Assembly: GCA_965219345.1 (NCBI GenBank)
Contig: OZ244732.1
Coordinates: 1,056,001 to 1,120,000, forward strand
Direction: 5' to 3'
Origin: Nitrosopumilus sp.
GTDB taxonomy: Archaea > Thermoproteota > Nitrososphaeria > Nitrososphaerales > Nitrosopumilaceae
Length of the DNA stretch: 64,000 nt
The notes under the pieces: generated by a model
What the model saw: the letters and a program-made list of their open reading frames with translations, nothing else
Databases searched by the model: none
Told to the model about the DNA's origin: nothing
Shown here: piece after piece, positions 38,546 to 46,900 of the stretch
Layout of the letters: every line of letters starts with the position of its first letter
Position numbering within the stretch: position 1 is the first letter of the stretch
Position numbers and translations under genes: made by a program

Positions 38546-38996
38546 ATGGATAATATCGTAATCCGAACTGCATTTGAGAAAGACATTCCTATTTTACTTG
38601 GATTACTATGATTTAGGACGTCCAAAACCGCAAGAAGATGCTGATGTTGAGATATTTCGAAATCTTGCAAAAAAGTATGTTGCAGATTTAGACAAAACAA
38701 TTCTTGTTGCTGAACTTGATGATATTGGAATTGTTGGAATGATGAGTATTGTATTTTTACCTAGACTAAACCATTCTACCTTGGAAATGTATGTTCCAGA
38801 GTTAGTAGTTCTTGAAAAATATCAAAATCAAGGAATAGGCAAAAAACTGTTCAACTCATGTATTGATCTTGCAAAAGAAAAAAAATGTTATCGCATTAGA
38901 TTGGAATCTGGAAATCAACGAAAAGATTCTCATCAATTCTATCAAAATTTAGGATTTGAACAATCTTCTCTGTCATTTACAAAGAATCTTGATTGA
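38546..38996 (+). pseudogene. GNAT acetyltransferase, frameshifted near the N-terminus
   Basis: ATG 38546 MDNIVIRTAFEKDIPILLGLL then a frame change to YDLGRPKP...; QNQGIGKKL and FYQNLGF GNAT motifs. Confidence 0.75.
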
Positions 38997-39011
38997 TTTC
39001 TAAAGAATTGG

Positions 39012-39536
39012 CTAGTTGTTTTTATACGCTAACACAAAACCCATACCTCCACACATTACTCCTATTGCTAAAAGTGCAATAAATCCGCCAATTGGTTCTG
39101 TGAATGAATCCATAATAGCAGGATGCTTTGGACCCAATTTCCCTTCACTAAAAATTGTAAGTAATCCGGTTCCTGCCAAACCTGCATATGTCATAATCAT
39201 CATTGAGCCTGCTCCTCCAACATTCATTCCAATCAAATGAATTGCAGCTAGAATGTTTGATTTTTTTGAGAATTTTTTCTTTAAAGTGATTTCAAGATGA
39301 CTGTAAAATAATGCAGTAACTGCAACTGCAACTATTATGATGAGATGAAATATTATTCCTAAAAAGAACCATTTTGCAGTTCCCTCAAAGGATAATGATA
39401 GATATTGAATTATGTTAATTTCATTATGCATCATTTGTATTGTAACAATAACTAAAGCCATTATGGTGACTATCGCACCTTGAATAATGGCTGCAATAAT
39501 GAATTTGTCAACCCATCTAAATTCAGTATTCATCAA
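39012..39536 (-). CDS. Four-TM membrane protein
   Basis: Four hydrophobic helices. Confidence 0.7.
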   Translation of the reverse strand: MMNTEFRWVDKFIIAAIIQGAIVTIMALVIVTIQMMHNEINIIQYLSLSFEGTAKWFFLGIIFHLIIIVAVAVTALFYSHLEITLKKKFSKKSNILAAIHLIGMNVGGAGSMMIMTYAGLAGTGLLTIFSEGKLGPKHPAIMDSFTEPIGGFIALLAIGVMCGGMGFVLAYKNN

Positions 39537-39682
39537 TCATTGTTGTATTTTCCACGATTTATATCATGAAAGTAAAATTTAGTAACAACATCTTACATAA
39601 TTTATTACATAAATCATACGGTATGAATTCTACGACATGTTTAAAAGACAAAACCCAAACGTTTCAGGATGGGTAAAATTGG

Positions 39683-41482
39683 ATGAATTCTAAGATCATA
39701 ATTGGTGCAAGCTTATCTGCAATTGCAATAATTGGATTTGTAGGAATTCCATATTCATATGCATCTTGTGGCGCACCCTTATTTGGAACTCCAGGACCTT
39801 GCTTTGATACGTATTCTGTATCTGCTGATACGCCACTTACTGAAAAATCCATCATGGAAAAATATGGTAGAAACATTGAGCTAACCTATGAAGATTGGCA
39901 AATATCTGATAGAAACTGGGATAATGAAGATGTAAACTTGGAATTACCAGCAATAATTTGTACAGAGTTTGTGGCAGATGGTGTTACTGAATATAGAATG
40001 GCGAAATGGGTAGATTCACAAACCATTTCCAGTTTTGAAAACCATAGAGATGATTCTCTTTGTGACAAATGGCTTGCACCAATTGACGACGGAATAAAAA
40101 TAAAGTGGGATCAATCTAACTATTTGTCAAATGATACAGGCATAGTTGAAGTAATTGATAAAAAAATGAATCTTGATATCAAAAAAATAGATTCTTTTGA
40201 TATTCATGTGTGGTCTGATGTTGATCATACTGGTATACAACTAAGAGTAACTGAAACTGATGAATCTAGTGGAACATTTGAAGGCACTGTATTCTTTACC
40301 ACTATTGATGAATCAAGTGGTGTTATACTTTTAGTAGAAGATGCAGTATACACTGAGCATAAATTAAATGTTAATTTTTCAAAAATAATTAATGAATCTG
40401 AATCTGCTAAATTTATTGTACAAAATGTAGAATTTATGCAAAACGTATTCTATCCCGATGAATTAGGATATTATGAAGTTGAAATTACTGATAGAGACGG
40501 AAAGCCTGTTGAGATGTTTGTGACAGGTAGAGTGGACTATGAAGCTCCTTGGGGCGTATCCAACTTTTCGCCAGTTGGTAATTATGACAAACAAAAACAA
40601 AGATTTGTGGGTGAACTCACAGTGCCTGGAGAAATTATTCCGGGCATTTACACTCTGAAATTAAATGTACATGGGTTAAGTGAAGAGTTTACGTTTTCCG
40701 GTATTTCTGAAGTTGATTTTACTGTTGGCGAACGTATAGGTTCGTTTGATACTCTTTTTGAACCATCATCATTGGGAAGTTTGATGGGAGAAAATGATGA
40801 ATATCCAATTGGTGAATCTAGAATAGTAAATGTACAACTAGTTCAAGGTCATTTTTATTCTCCTCCAATTCCAAATCATCCTGCATCAATCCTGGTTTAC
40901 GGTACTGATTGGATAAATTTTGATCCTAATTTGATTGAAGTTTATGACGTGACTTCTGATTCAAATGGATATGTTTACAAAGAATTGTTTCTTGATGATC
41001 GAAATCAATGTGACTATGAGGTAAAGATAAAGTCTGAGTTTGAAGGGTTTGAATATTCTCAGAACTTTGATTTTAGAATGGCAAATACAGAAATTTTCTA
41101 TTTTCCATGGGAGGGTGAAAAAATCCCTGTGACCGTTAAAGGGAAATGCTCAATTCCATTATCCATGAATTTTGATCAATCAAAGAAAACTATGACTGTA
41201 GAATTGGATACATCTGATGCTAAAAAGCAATTTGAAATTCATTTTCCACATAGATTACTTGATGGTGAACTTACTGTTTTGATAAACGGGGATGTCGATT
41301 TTGATAATTATTCTATTGACAAACGCCATGATGAAGCAATAGTGCAAGTGGGTGCTGATTCTGATTTTACTACTGTTGAAATCATTGGAACCTCTGCAAT
41401 TCCAGAATTTCAAACTATTGTGATGATGATTATGGTGATATCTATGTTGCCAATTATTCTATTACGAAAACAATTGATATGA
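39683..41482 (+). CDS. Secreted multi-domain surface protein with PEF(G)-CTERM-type sorting signal
   Basis: Signal peptide; VTETDESSGTFEG module; C-terminal IIGTSAIPEF plus TM plus basic residues. Confidence 0.8.
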   Translation: MNSKIIIGASLSAIAIIGFVGIPYSYASCGAPLFGTPGPCFDTYSVSADTPLTEKSIMEKYGRNIELTYEDWQISDRNWDNEDVNLELPAIICTEFVADGVTEYRMAKWVDSQTISSFENHRDDSLCDKWLAPIDDGIKIKWDQSNYLSNDTGIVEVIDKKMNLDIKKIDSFDIHVWSDVDHTGIQLRVTETDESSGTFEGTVFFTTIDESSGVILLVEDAVYTEHKLNVNFSKIINESESAKFIVQNVEFMQNVFYPDELGYYEVEITDRDGKPVEMFVTGRVDYEAPWGVSNFSPVGNYDKQKQRFVGELTVPGEIIPGIYTLKLNVHGLSEEFTFSGISEVDFTVGERIGSFDTLFEPSSLGSLMGENDEYPIGESRIVNVQLVQGHFYSPPIPNHPASILVYGTDWINFDPNLIEVYDVTSDSNGYVYKELFLDDRNQCDYEVKIKSEFEGFEYSQNFDFRMANTEIFYFPWEGEKIPVTVKGKCSIPLSMNFDQSKKTMTVELDTSDAKKQFEIHFPHRLLDGELTVLINGDVDFDNYSIDKRHDEAIVQVGADSDFTTVEIIGTSAIPEFQTIVMMIMVISMLPIILLRKQLI

Positions 41483-41946
41483 AAATGAAAAATAAATTAA
41501 TTGTAATTGCAATCATAATTATTGTAACCACAATTATTGGAATCTCTTTAGTCACAACATTTGAGAAATCCAATATTGGAGGACCTGCTGAATGGATTGA
41601 ACATAAGAAAATTGTATGTGATGAAGGCTTCAAAGTTATTGATGGGATTTGCAAACAATTAAGCAAAATCCGTGAGAAAGATATTCCTGTTTTCTTTGAG
41701 ATACAATTAATGGAAATGGGAATTGAATGGGAGTTAGCAGATAGAAACTGGGCAAATCCTGACTTTGAGATAGAGCCTCCTGCACGAATTTGTTCACATA
41801 TCATAAAAGATGGCAATACTGAATTGTATATTTCTACAATATGGGAAGATGAATATTCATTATCAGATATGATCATTCAAAAAGAAATGCCTAATGATTG
41901 TGTAAAGATTTTCCCTGTTACGGAGATTACAAAAAATAAAAATTAA
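41479..41946 (+). CDS. Membrane-anchored protein paralogous to the N-domain of 39683-41482
   Basis: N-terminal TM; WELADRNW...PARIC..I..DG motif. Confidence 0.7.
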   Translation: MKMKNKLIVIAIIIIVTTIIGISLVTTFEKSNIGGPAEWIEHKKIVCDEGFKVIDGICKQLSKIREKDIPVFFEIQLMEMGIEWELADRNWANPDFEIEPPARICSHIIKDGNTELYISTIWEDEYSLSDMIIQKEMPNDCVKIFPVTEITKNKN

Positions 41947-42019
41947 CACATTAATCATTGTTGGAATTTTCTTTTTACTTCCACTATCTATAATATCATA
42001 TCTTACTCTGTTACCAGAT

Positions 42020-42232
42020 ATGAACGATAAAGAATCGATCCATGCAGGCAATCCAAATGAGTGTTGGTATGATGATGGAAATGGAATCATGCTTCCTTGT
42101 CAGATAGAAACGGGTGAGTCTACATTTTTTGTAGTATACCTAATTATGGCCAGTCCATTTTTTATGAGTGGCTTGATTCTATTGATAATTATTCGTTATG
42201 TCGAGAAGAAAAAACATTTTGAAAAAAAATAA
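42020..42232 (+). CDS. Small membrane protein (possibly N-truncated)
   Basis: Cys-containing loop and C-terminal TM; the frame extends upstream as a TM segment without a start codon. Confidence 0.45.
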   Translation: MNDKESIHAGNPNECWYDDGNGIMLPCQIETGESTFFVVYLIMASPFFMSGLILLIIIRYVEKKKHFEKK

Positions 42233-42251
42233 AAACAGATTGAAAAATCTG

Positions 42252-42425
42252 TTATTCGTCTTTGATTGCACTAGTTACTTTTTCTTTTAGTTCTGGAGTA
42301 ACTTGATCAAATCCGTGAGTTTTTGCGTGCTCTGCGACTTGTTTTAGAATTTCTTCTTCTGAGTCACCATGTACGTGCCATTCACAATCGACACCTATAT
42401 CTGCACAAGCGAATTTTTTTGTCAT
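42252..42425 (-). CDS. DUF1059 small metal-binding protein (57 aa; absent from ORF track)
   Basis: MTKKFACADIGVDCEW...EEEILKQVAEHAKTHG. Confidence 0.85.
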   Translation of the reverse strand: MTKKFACADIGVDCEWHVHGDSEEEILKQVAEHAKTHGFDQVTPELKEKVTSAIKDE

Positions 42426-42462
42426 GAAAACATTTACCTAAAAAATCTATATTAGAATATGC

Positions 42463-42478
42463 CCAAGTTTATACCAAG
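42463..42478. promoter_or_regulatory. Putative regulator site CCAAGTTWATACC shared by two small genes
   Basis: Same motif at 42463 and 42704, 38 and 37 nt upstream of the ATGs at 42425 and 42667. Confidence 0.4.
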
Positions 42479-42499
42479 TTTAAAAAAATAAATTGATGT

Positions 42500-42667
42500 C
42501 TAGAATGCCTTGACATCTTTAATTTCATTTCCAACAACATTCATCACTCTATCGCATTCATCTAGTATGTTGAAAATTCCCATCAAAACATCTTCAATAT
42601 CTTGAAATTCACAATCTATATCCAATTTTGTATTTGGTTTTGTGATTATGATATTTTGTTTTGACAT
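42500..42667 (-). CDS. Small hypothetical protein (55 aa)
   Basis: MSKQNIIITK...VKAF*; shares the upstream motif with the DUF1059 gene. Confidence 0.5.
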   Translation of the reverse strand: MSKQNIIITKPNTKLDIDCEFQDIEDVLMGIFNILDECDRVMNVVGNEIKDVKAF

Positions 42668-42811
42668 GTCATCTAAATGACAATATCTGATTTAATGGAA
42701 TTTCCAAGTTAATACCTAATTGATACCAAACTCATACTGTAGATGATTATAATTTGTAAAAAATAAAAAAAATCATGATGTATTATACATCAATGATCTA
42801 TCCTGATCTGC

Positions 42812-43000
42812 CTATGTTTCCCGATTCAGAACTATTTTCATCTTCACTACAGAAATGATCTCCGCAAATGATTTTGTCAGTAGATGAACCATGGGATTTT
42901 GGGGATTGGGAACCGGACTACCTTCAGCTTTTGCTGCATCGGCGTCACCAAGTAAATCTGGTGCTAATGCAATCATTGCTACAGGTAAGATTACAATCAA
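42812..43000 (-). pseudogene. Fragment of a small secreted protein
   Basis: Signal-like segment ...ADAAKAEG; a second frame gives GSSTDKIICGDHFC. Confidence 0.4.
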
Positions 43001-43212
43001 TTCAATGTATAGCATCTTTGACTGTAATTACATCAAATGCATATTTTGCAGCATCTCTAACATGTGATTCTACACATAGGTTTACAGCCATTCCTGCAAT
43101 TACTAGTGTTTTGATATCACGTTGTCTGAGTTGGACATTAATGTCTCCGGTTGCAAAATTACTCAAACCCTTATGAGGTGATAAAACAATGGTATTTTCA
43201 TCCGGTTGTAAA
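43000..43212 (-). pseudogene. C-terminal fragment of an isochorismatase/cysteine hydrolase
   Basis: Minus strand reads LQPDENTIVLSPHKGLSNFATGDINVQLRQRDIKTLVIAGMAVNLCVESHVRDA...VKDA; no N-terminus. Confidence 0.7.
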
Positions 43213-43496
43213 TCAGGATGTTGAAAGAAAGATGAAGGATAATGTGTTGATAGTTGTTGTTCTTAATGAAAAAGAAGCTAGTTCTATTGGAGTTGTAGAT
43301 ACGCCATCATTTTTCTTTCTCATAAATGGATAATAAGGAGAATGTCCTATTGGACAGACAATATTACTTATTGCACTACAATAACTCACATAACCTAATT
43401 CATTGCCATCTTGGGATCCTTGGTGAGATACTTTTTGCGCGCCTCTACAAGTAATTCTGCTTCGTTGTATGTCATGATATGCGCATAGTACGGTGA

Positions 43497-44084
43497 TCAA
43501 TAAGATTTTCTGTGGTGATTACATTTCTCTTTGCTTCGAGGTATAGTTCCTCCTTCATAGTGACAATCAATTAATGCTCTATCTCTTGCATTCTCTCCAC
43601 ATGCAAATAACAGTCTAGATAAATCATCCTCAGTTAGTAAATCCTCTCGAATTATTTTGTCTTTGACTTTTTTCATTCTAACTTGAGCAGTCTTTGGAGG
43701 ATCTCCAATTTCTGTAAACTCTCTAGAACCAAGTTTCATCCATCTAATGAAAATTTTGAGCATTTTTTTGTGGTCATAGGAGTAGTTTGATTCCTTTCCT
43801 GACTCATCTGAATATTTTTGCATAATTTCGTAAACTAGTTTTTCAATGTCATTTTTTGTAATATCTTTCCAATCTTTTTTGTATAATCGTGATAAACCTA
43901 GTAATGTTCTGAGATGTTTCTGTCTAGTTGCAATAGCAATTGATTGTCTAACCATCTCCATATTATATTGGGAAATTAATTCAATATTAGCAGGAGACAA
44001 CTCAATCCGAATCTGCCTGTTTATTCCCTTCATGATGGATTCATAATCATGAATTCCTCTCTTCTTGACAGTCTTTAGGCTCAC
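43497..44084 (-). pseudogene. Truncated tyrosine integrase (N-terminal core-binding part)
   Basis: LLTEDDLSRLL...RDRALIDCHYEGG, then the frame breaks before the catalytic Arg; starts 43 nt after the tRNA-Met 3' end. Confidence 0.8.
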
Positions 44085-44126
44085 AAATAGCAGATCTCAA
44101 GGGAGGGTATTAAACAGGATCTGTAA

Positions 44127-44241
44127 TGCCGGGGGCGAGTTTCGAACTCGCGACCTCCAGATTATGAGTATTGCCTTAGTTGGAGAACCGCTAGAGTTTA
44201 CCAAGTGAACTGGCACTCTAACCAGGCTGAGCTACCCCGGC
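44127..44241 (-). tRNA. tRNA-Met(CAT), probably elongator, with a 40-nt non-canonical intron at position 30/31
   Basis: Exons GCCGGGGTAGCTCAGCCTGGTTAGAGTGCCAG and ACTCATAATCTGG...CCCCCGGCA; intron 44170-44209 forms a BHB (TGCC/GGCA helix, AGT and ATA bulges). Confidence 0.92.
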
Positions 44242-44295
44242 ATAGTATATGACAGAAAATTTGGGAAATTAAATGATTCTAAAATGTTTCAAAAA

Positions 44296-45960
44296 TTACT
44301 TTATGTTTTTCCAATCCACATCTTCATTTTTGCCCCAGAGGAATTTCTTTTGTAATGCAGATGTGTACAATTTTTCCCATTCTGCACCCACTTCATCAGT
44401 CCATGCCTTGACAACACGAGGATCTATGTAGTTTCTCAAAGATGTTCCAAGATTGTAATCTCTGGTCTTTTCAGATAAATCAATTTGTAACTTTAATTTC
44501 TCTACTCTTTCTTTGTGTTTCACCTTTTGTTTTTTGATTTGTTCATTTAATGTCTTAATTCTTTTGATTTTGCTCTTCTTTTGAGTGTCAGTCTTTGGTT
44601 CAGATGACTCTACTTTTTTGAGGGTTTTTTGGGTTTTCTTTGAAGGCTGGTCTTTTTCTGCCTTTTTGAGAGTGTCTCTCTTCTTTTCTAATGCCTGCTC
44701 AAATGTCTTTGGAATAGTTCTCTTATGATTACACATCTTGGCAGCTTCCAAATTTGCTAGTTTTGCATGGTATAGTTTCTCATTTGCAGTCTTTCCTTTC
44801 ATATTACCATGTTTCACAAGATAGTCTTTGACTACTGCTGTTGCTTGGTATGTTCTAAACACTTTGGCAGTTAATCCCTTTACAATTCCTGAAAAATATT
44901 TGTTCACATCTCTTGATGTAATATCGTGGAAAATCTCTGCATTTGGTTTTTTCTTTTCAATTAATTTTTCAAGATTTTCTTGAAATTGTTTATCGTCGCC
45001 AACTGCCTTTAGGGTCTCTTGCCATCTGACACTATCTTTTCCCAAAAAGTCAAACTCTATTGCATCTGCAGTAATCTTGATGTGTTCTTTTCTTAGGGTT
45101 GTAGCACCTACAGTATCAGCTTCTTCAGGATCCTTTTCGTCTCCAACCCTCATTGCAGTTCTATAAATCAAATAACATACTGTGGCAACATTACTCTTTT
45201 TAGGATCTTTCATATCTTTGACCATTGCTTTTTTGATTTTTTCAATCTCTTTTTCAAGTTTGACTGCTTTTTCATATTTTTCCTTGTCTCTACTCTGCTT
45301 TATTCCAGCCGTATCTGCAAGCCAGACATACTTTCTTTTCTGTGTAAGAAAGTCCATCCATCTAGCTAGCCACATTGAATTTTTATCATGAATAATCTTG
45401 CCCCATTCTCCTTCGGGTACTTTTGCTTCTTTTCCAAGGTTTAATGTAACATCTTTTGCAGTAATTCGAGGTTTCCATTTTCCTCTAATTGGATGCTCTC
45501 CTCTTCCAATAAAGATCCCTGGTGGTTCTGCCATGTAATTTCCAACTTCAACTTCCTTTCCGTCCATGATGGCAATTCCGTATTTTGATTTGAGTTTCTC
45601 TCGAAGTTCTTTTCTTTCTGCAGCAAGGGATTTCTTTTCCTCTTTTGTCATCATCTCTTTGCGATTTTTTTCCTTGTCGACTATTTTGTAAGCATTTGAA
45701 AAGTCAATGTCTTCATAAGAAATTTTTTTAAATTTTGAATTCAGAGTTTTGGCAAAATCTGTGGTAAAGTTTTTTTGAAAAACTTTGTCTTGAGCATATG
45801 GGGTATCTTTCTTTTTTGCCCACTGATAAATCATTTCTTCTTGGTTTAGATCAAGATCAATACTTTCCCCTTTGATCTTTATCTTGATCCCTTGAGCCTC
45901 ATAGGCAGGTGGAAACAAGATTCCATTGTGTTGTAGAGTTTTCCATTTCATTTCATTCAC
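44296..45960 (-). CDS. top1B: DNA topoisomerase IB (eukaryote-like)
   Basis: KWKTLQHNG, EPPG.F.GRGEHP, DTVG, FDFLGKDS, AKVFRTY, CNH and SLRNYIDPR motifs. Confidence 0.96.
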   Translation of the reverse strand: MNEMKWKTLQHNGILFPPAYEAQGIKIKIKGESIDLDLNQEEMIYQWAKKKDTPYAQDKVFQKNFTTDFAKTLNSKFKKISYEDIDFSNAYKIVDKEKNRKEMMTKEEKKSLAAERKELREKLKSKYGIAIMDGKEVEVGNYMAEPPGIFIGRGEHPIRGKWKPRITAKDVTLNLGKEAKVPEGEWGKIIHDKNSMWLARWMDFLTQKRKYVWLADTAGIKQSRDKEKYEKAVKLEKEIEKIKKAMVKDMKDPKKSNVATVCYLIYRTAMRVGDEKDPEEADTVGATTLRKEHIKITADAIEFDFLGKDSVRWQETLKAVGDDKQFQENLEKLIEKKKPNAEIFHDITSRDVNKYFSGIVKGLTAKVFRTYQATAVVKDYLVKHGNMKGKTANEKLYHAKLANLEAAKMCNHKRTIPKTFEQALEKKRDTLKKAEKDQPSKKTQKTLKKVESSEPKTDTQKKSKIKRIKTLNEQIKKQKVKHKERVEKLKLQIDLSEKTRDYNLGTSLRNYIDPRVVKAWTDEVGAEWEKLYTSALQKKFLWGKNEDVDWKNIK

Positions 45961-46030
45961 CTTAAAATTGCGGACTTTGACAAAAACTGCATTCTATGTG
46001 TATATCAATTTAACGTACAAATGTAATGTA

Positions 46031-46858
46031 TCAGGGAAATAGCTCTTTACTCATATATTTCTCAAATTCTAGGTCTGTTTTCATCTTTTTTGCTTCCAGA
46101 AACATGGCAGCATCGGTACCTACAATATATCGTGGTAAAATCTCACCGTCATGAATTGCCTTTATGATTACATCGGCAACTTGAGATGGGGCAGTTCCCA
46201 TTTCTACCATCATTTTAAGACCTGCAAGAATGTTATTGGTTAATGTCTTGTATTTAGGATCAATTTTTGATTCTGGAATCTTCATTGAACTGAAAAAGTT
46301 TGTCTTGATAACTCCAGGTTCAATTAAAGTAGTTTTAATTCCAAATTGACCAAGCTCGTATCTAAGACATTCACTTAATCCTTCTAGTGCAAACTTTGTA
46401 CTGATATAAGCTGGAGAACCAGGTAACCCCATTCTGCCAACAACAGAACTAATGTTTACAATAATTCCAGAATTCTGTTTTCTCATTATTGGGGATACTT
46501 CTTGAATAATTCTTACGATACTAAAGAAATTAGTTTCAAACTGTTTTCTAAAATCATCAACTGACACATCTTCAGTGCATCCAAATTGTCCATACCCCGC
46601 ATTGTTTACTAAAACGTCCAATCTTCTACCATCTGTAACTACTTTCTTAACTGCAGAAACTATTGATTCTTCTTTATCTACATCCAACTCTATTACATCG
46701 ATTGAGAGATTTTCTTTTTTTGCCGCATGTTCTAACTCTCCTGCCTTTCCAGTATCTCTCATACTTGCAAAAGTGCGGTAACCGTCTCTTGCAAGTGCCA
46801 ATGTAGTTTCTAATCCAATCCCTGATGAACTACCTGTGACAAGAGCTACTTTTTCCAT
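46031..46858 (-). CDS. Short-chain dehydrogenase/reductase
   Basis: TGSSSGIG, NNAG and YISTK motifs. Confidence 0.93.
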   Translation of the reverse strand: MEKVALVTGSSSGIGLETTLALARDGYRTFASMRDTGKAGELEHAAKKENLSIDVIELDVDKEESIVSAVKKVVTDGRRLDVLVNNAGYGQFGCTEDVSVDDFRKQFETNFFSIVRIIQEVSPIMRKQNSGIIVNISSVVGRMGLPGSPAYISTKFALEGLSECLRYELGQFGIKTTLIEPGVIKTNFFSSMKIPESKIDPKYKTLTNNILAGLKMMVEMGTAPSQVADVIIKAIHDGEILPRYIVGTDAAMFLEAKKMKTDLEFEKYMSKELFP

Positions 46859-46900
46859 ATTTGTGCTGGATTTTTGCCATATTTATCCCATTTTGATTTG

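Noticed and set aside
42868-43500. ORFs 42868-43176 (+), 43151-43333 (+) and 43213-43500 (-) as genes
   Set aside because: They overlap recognisable minus-strand fragments or lack motifs; best read as debris of a collapsed island.
44296-45960. Eukaryote-like topoisomerase IB as a novelty
   Set aside because: A well-known hallmark of Nitrososphaerota; useful for taxonomy only.
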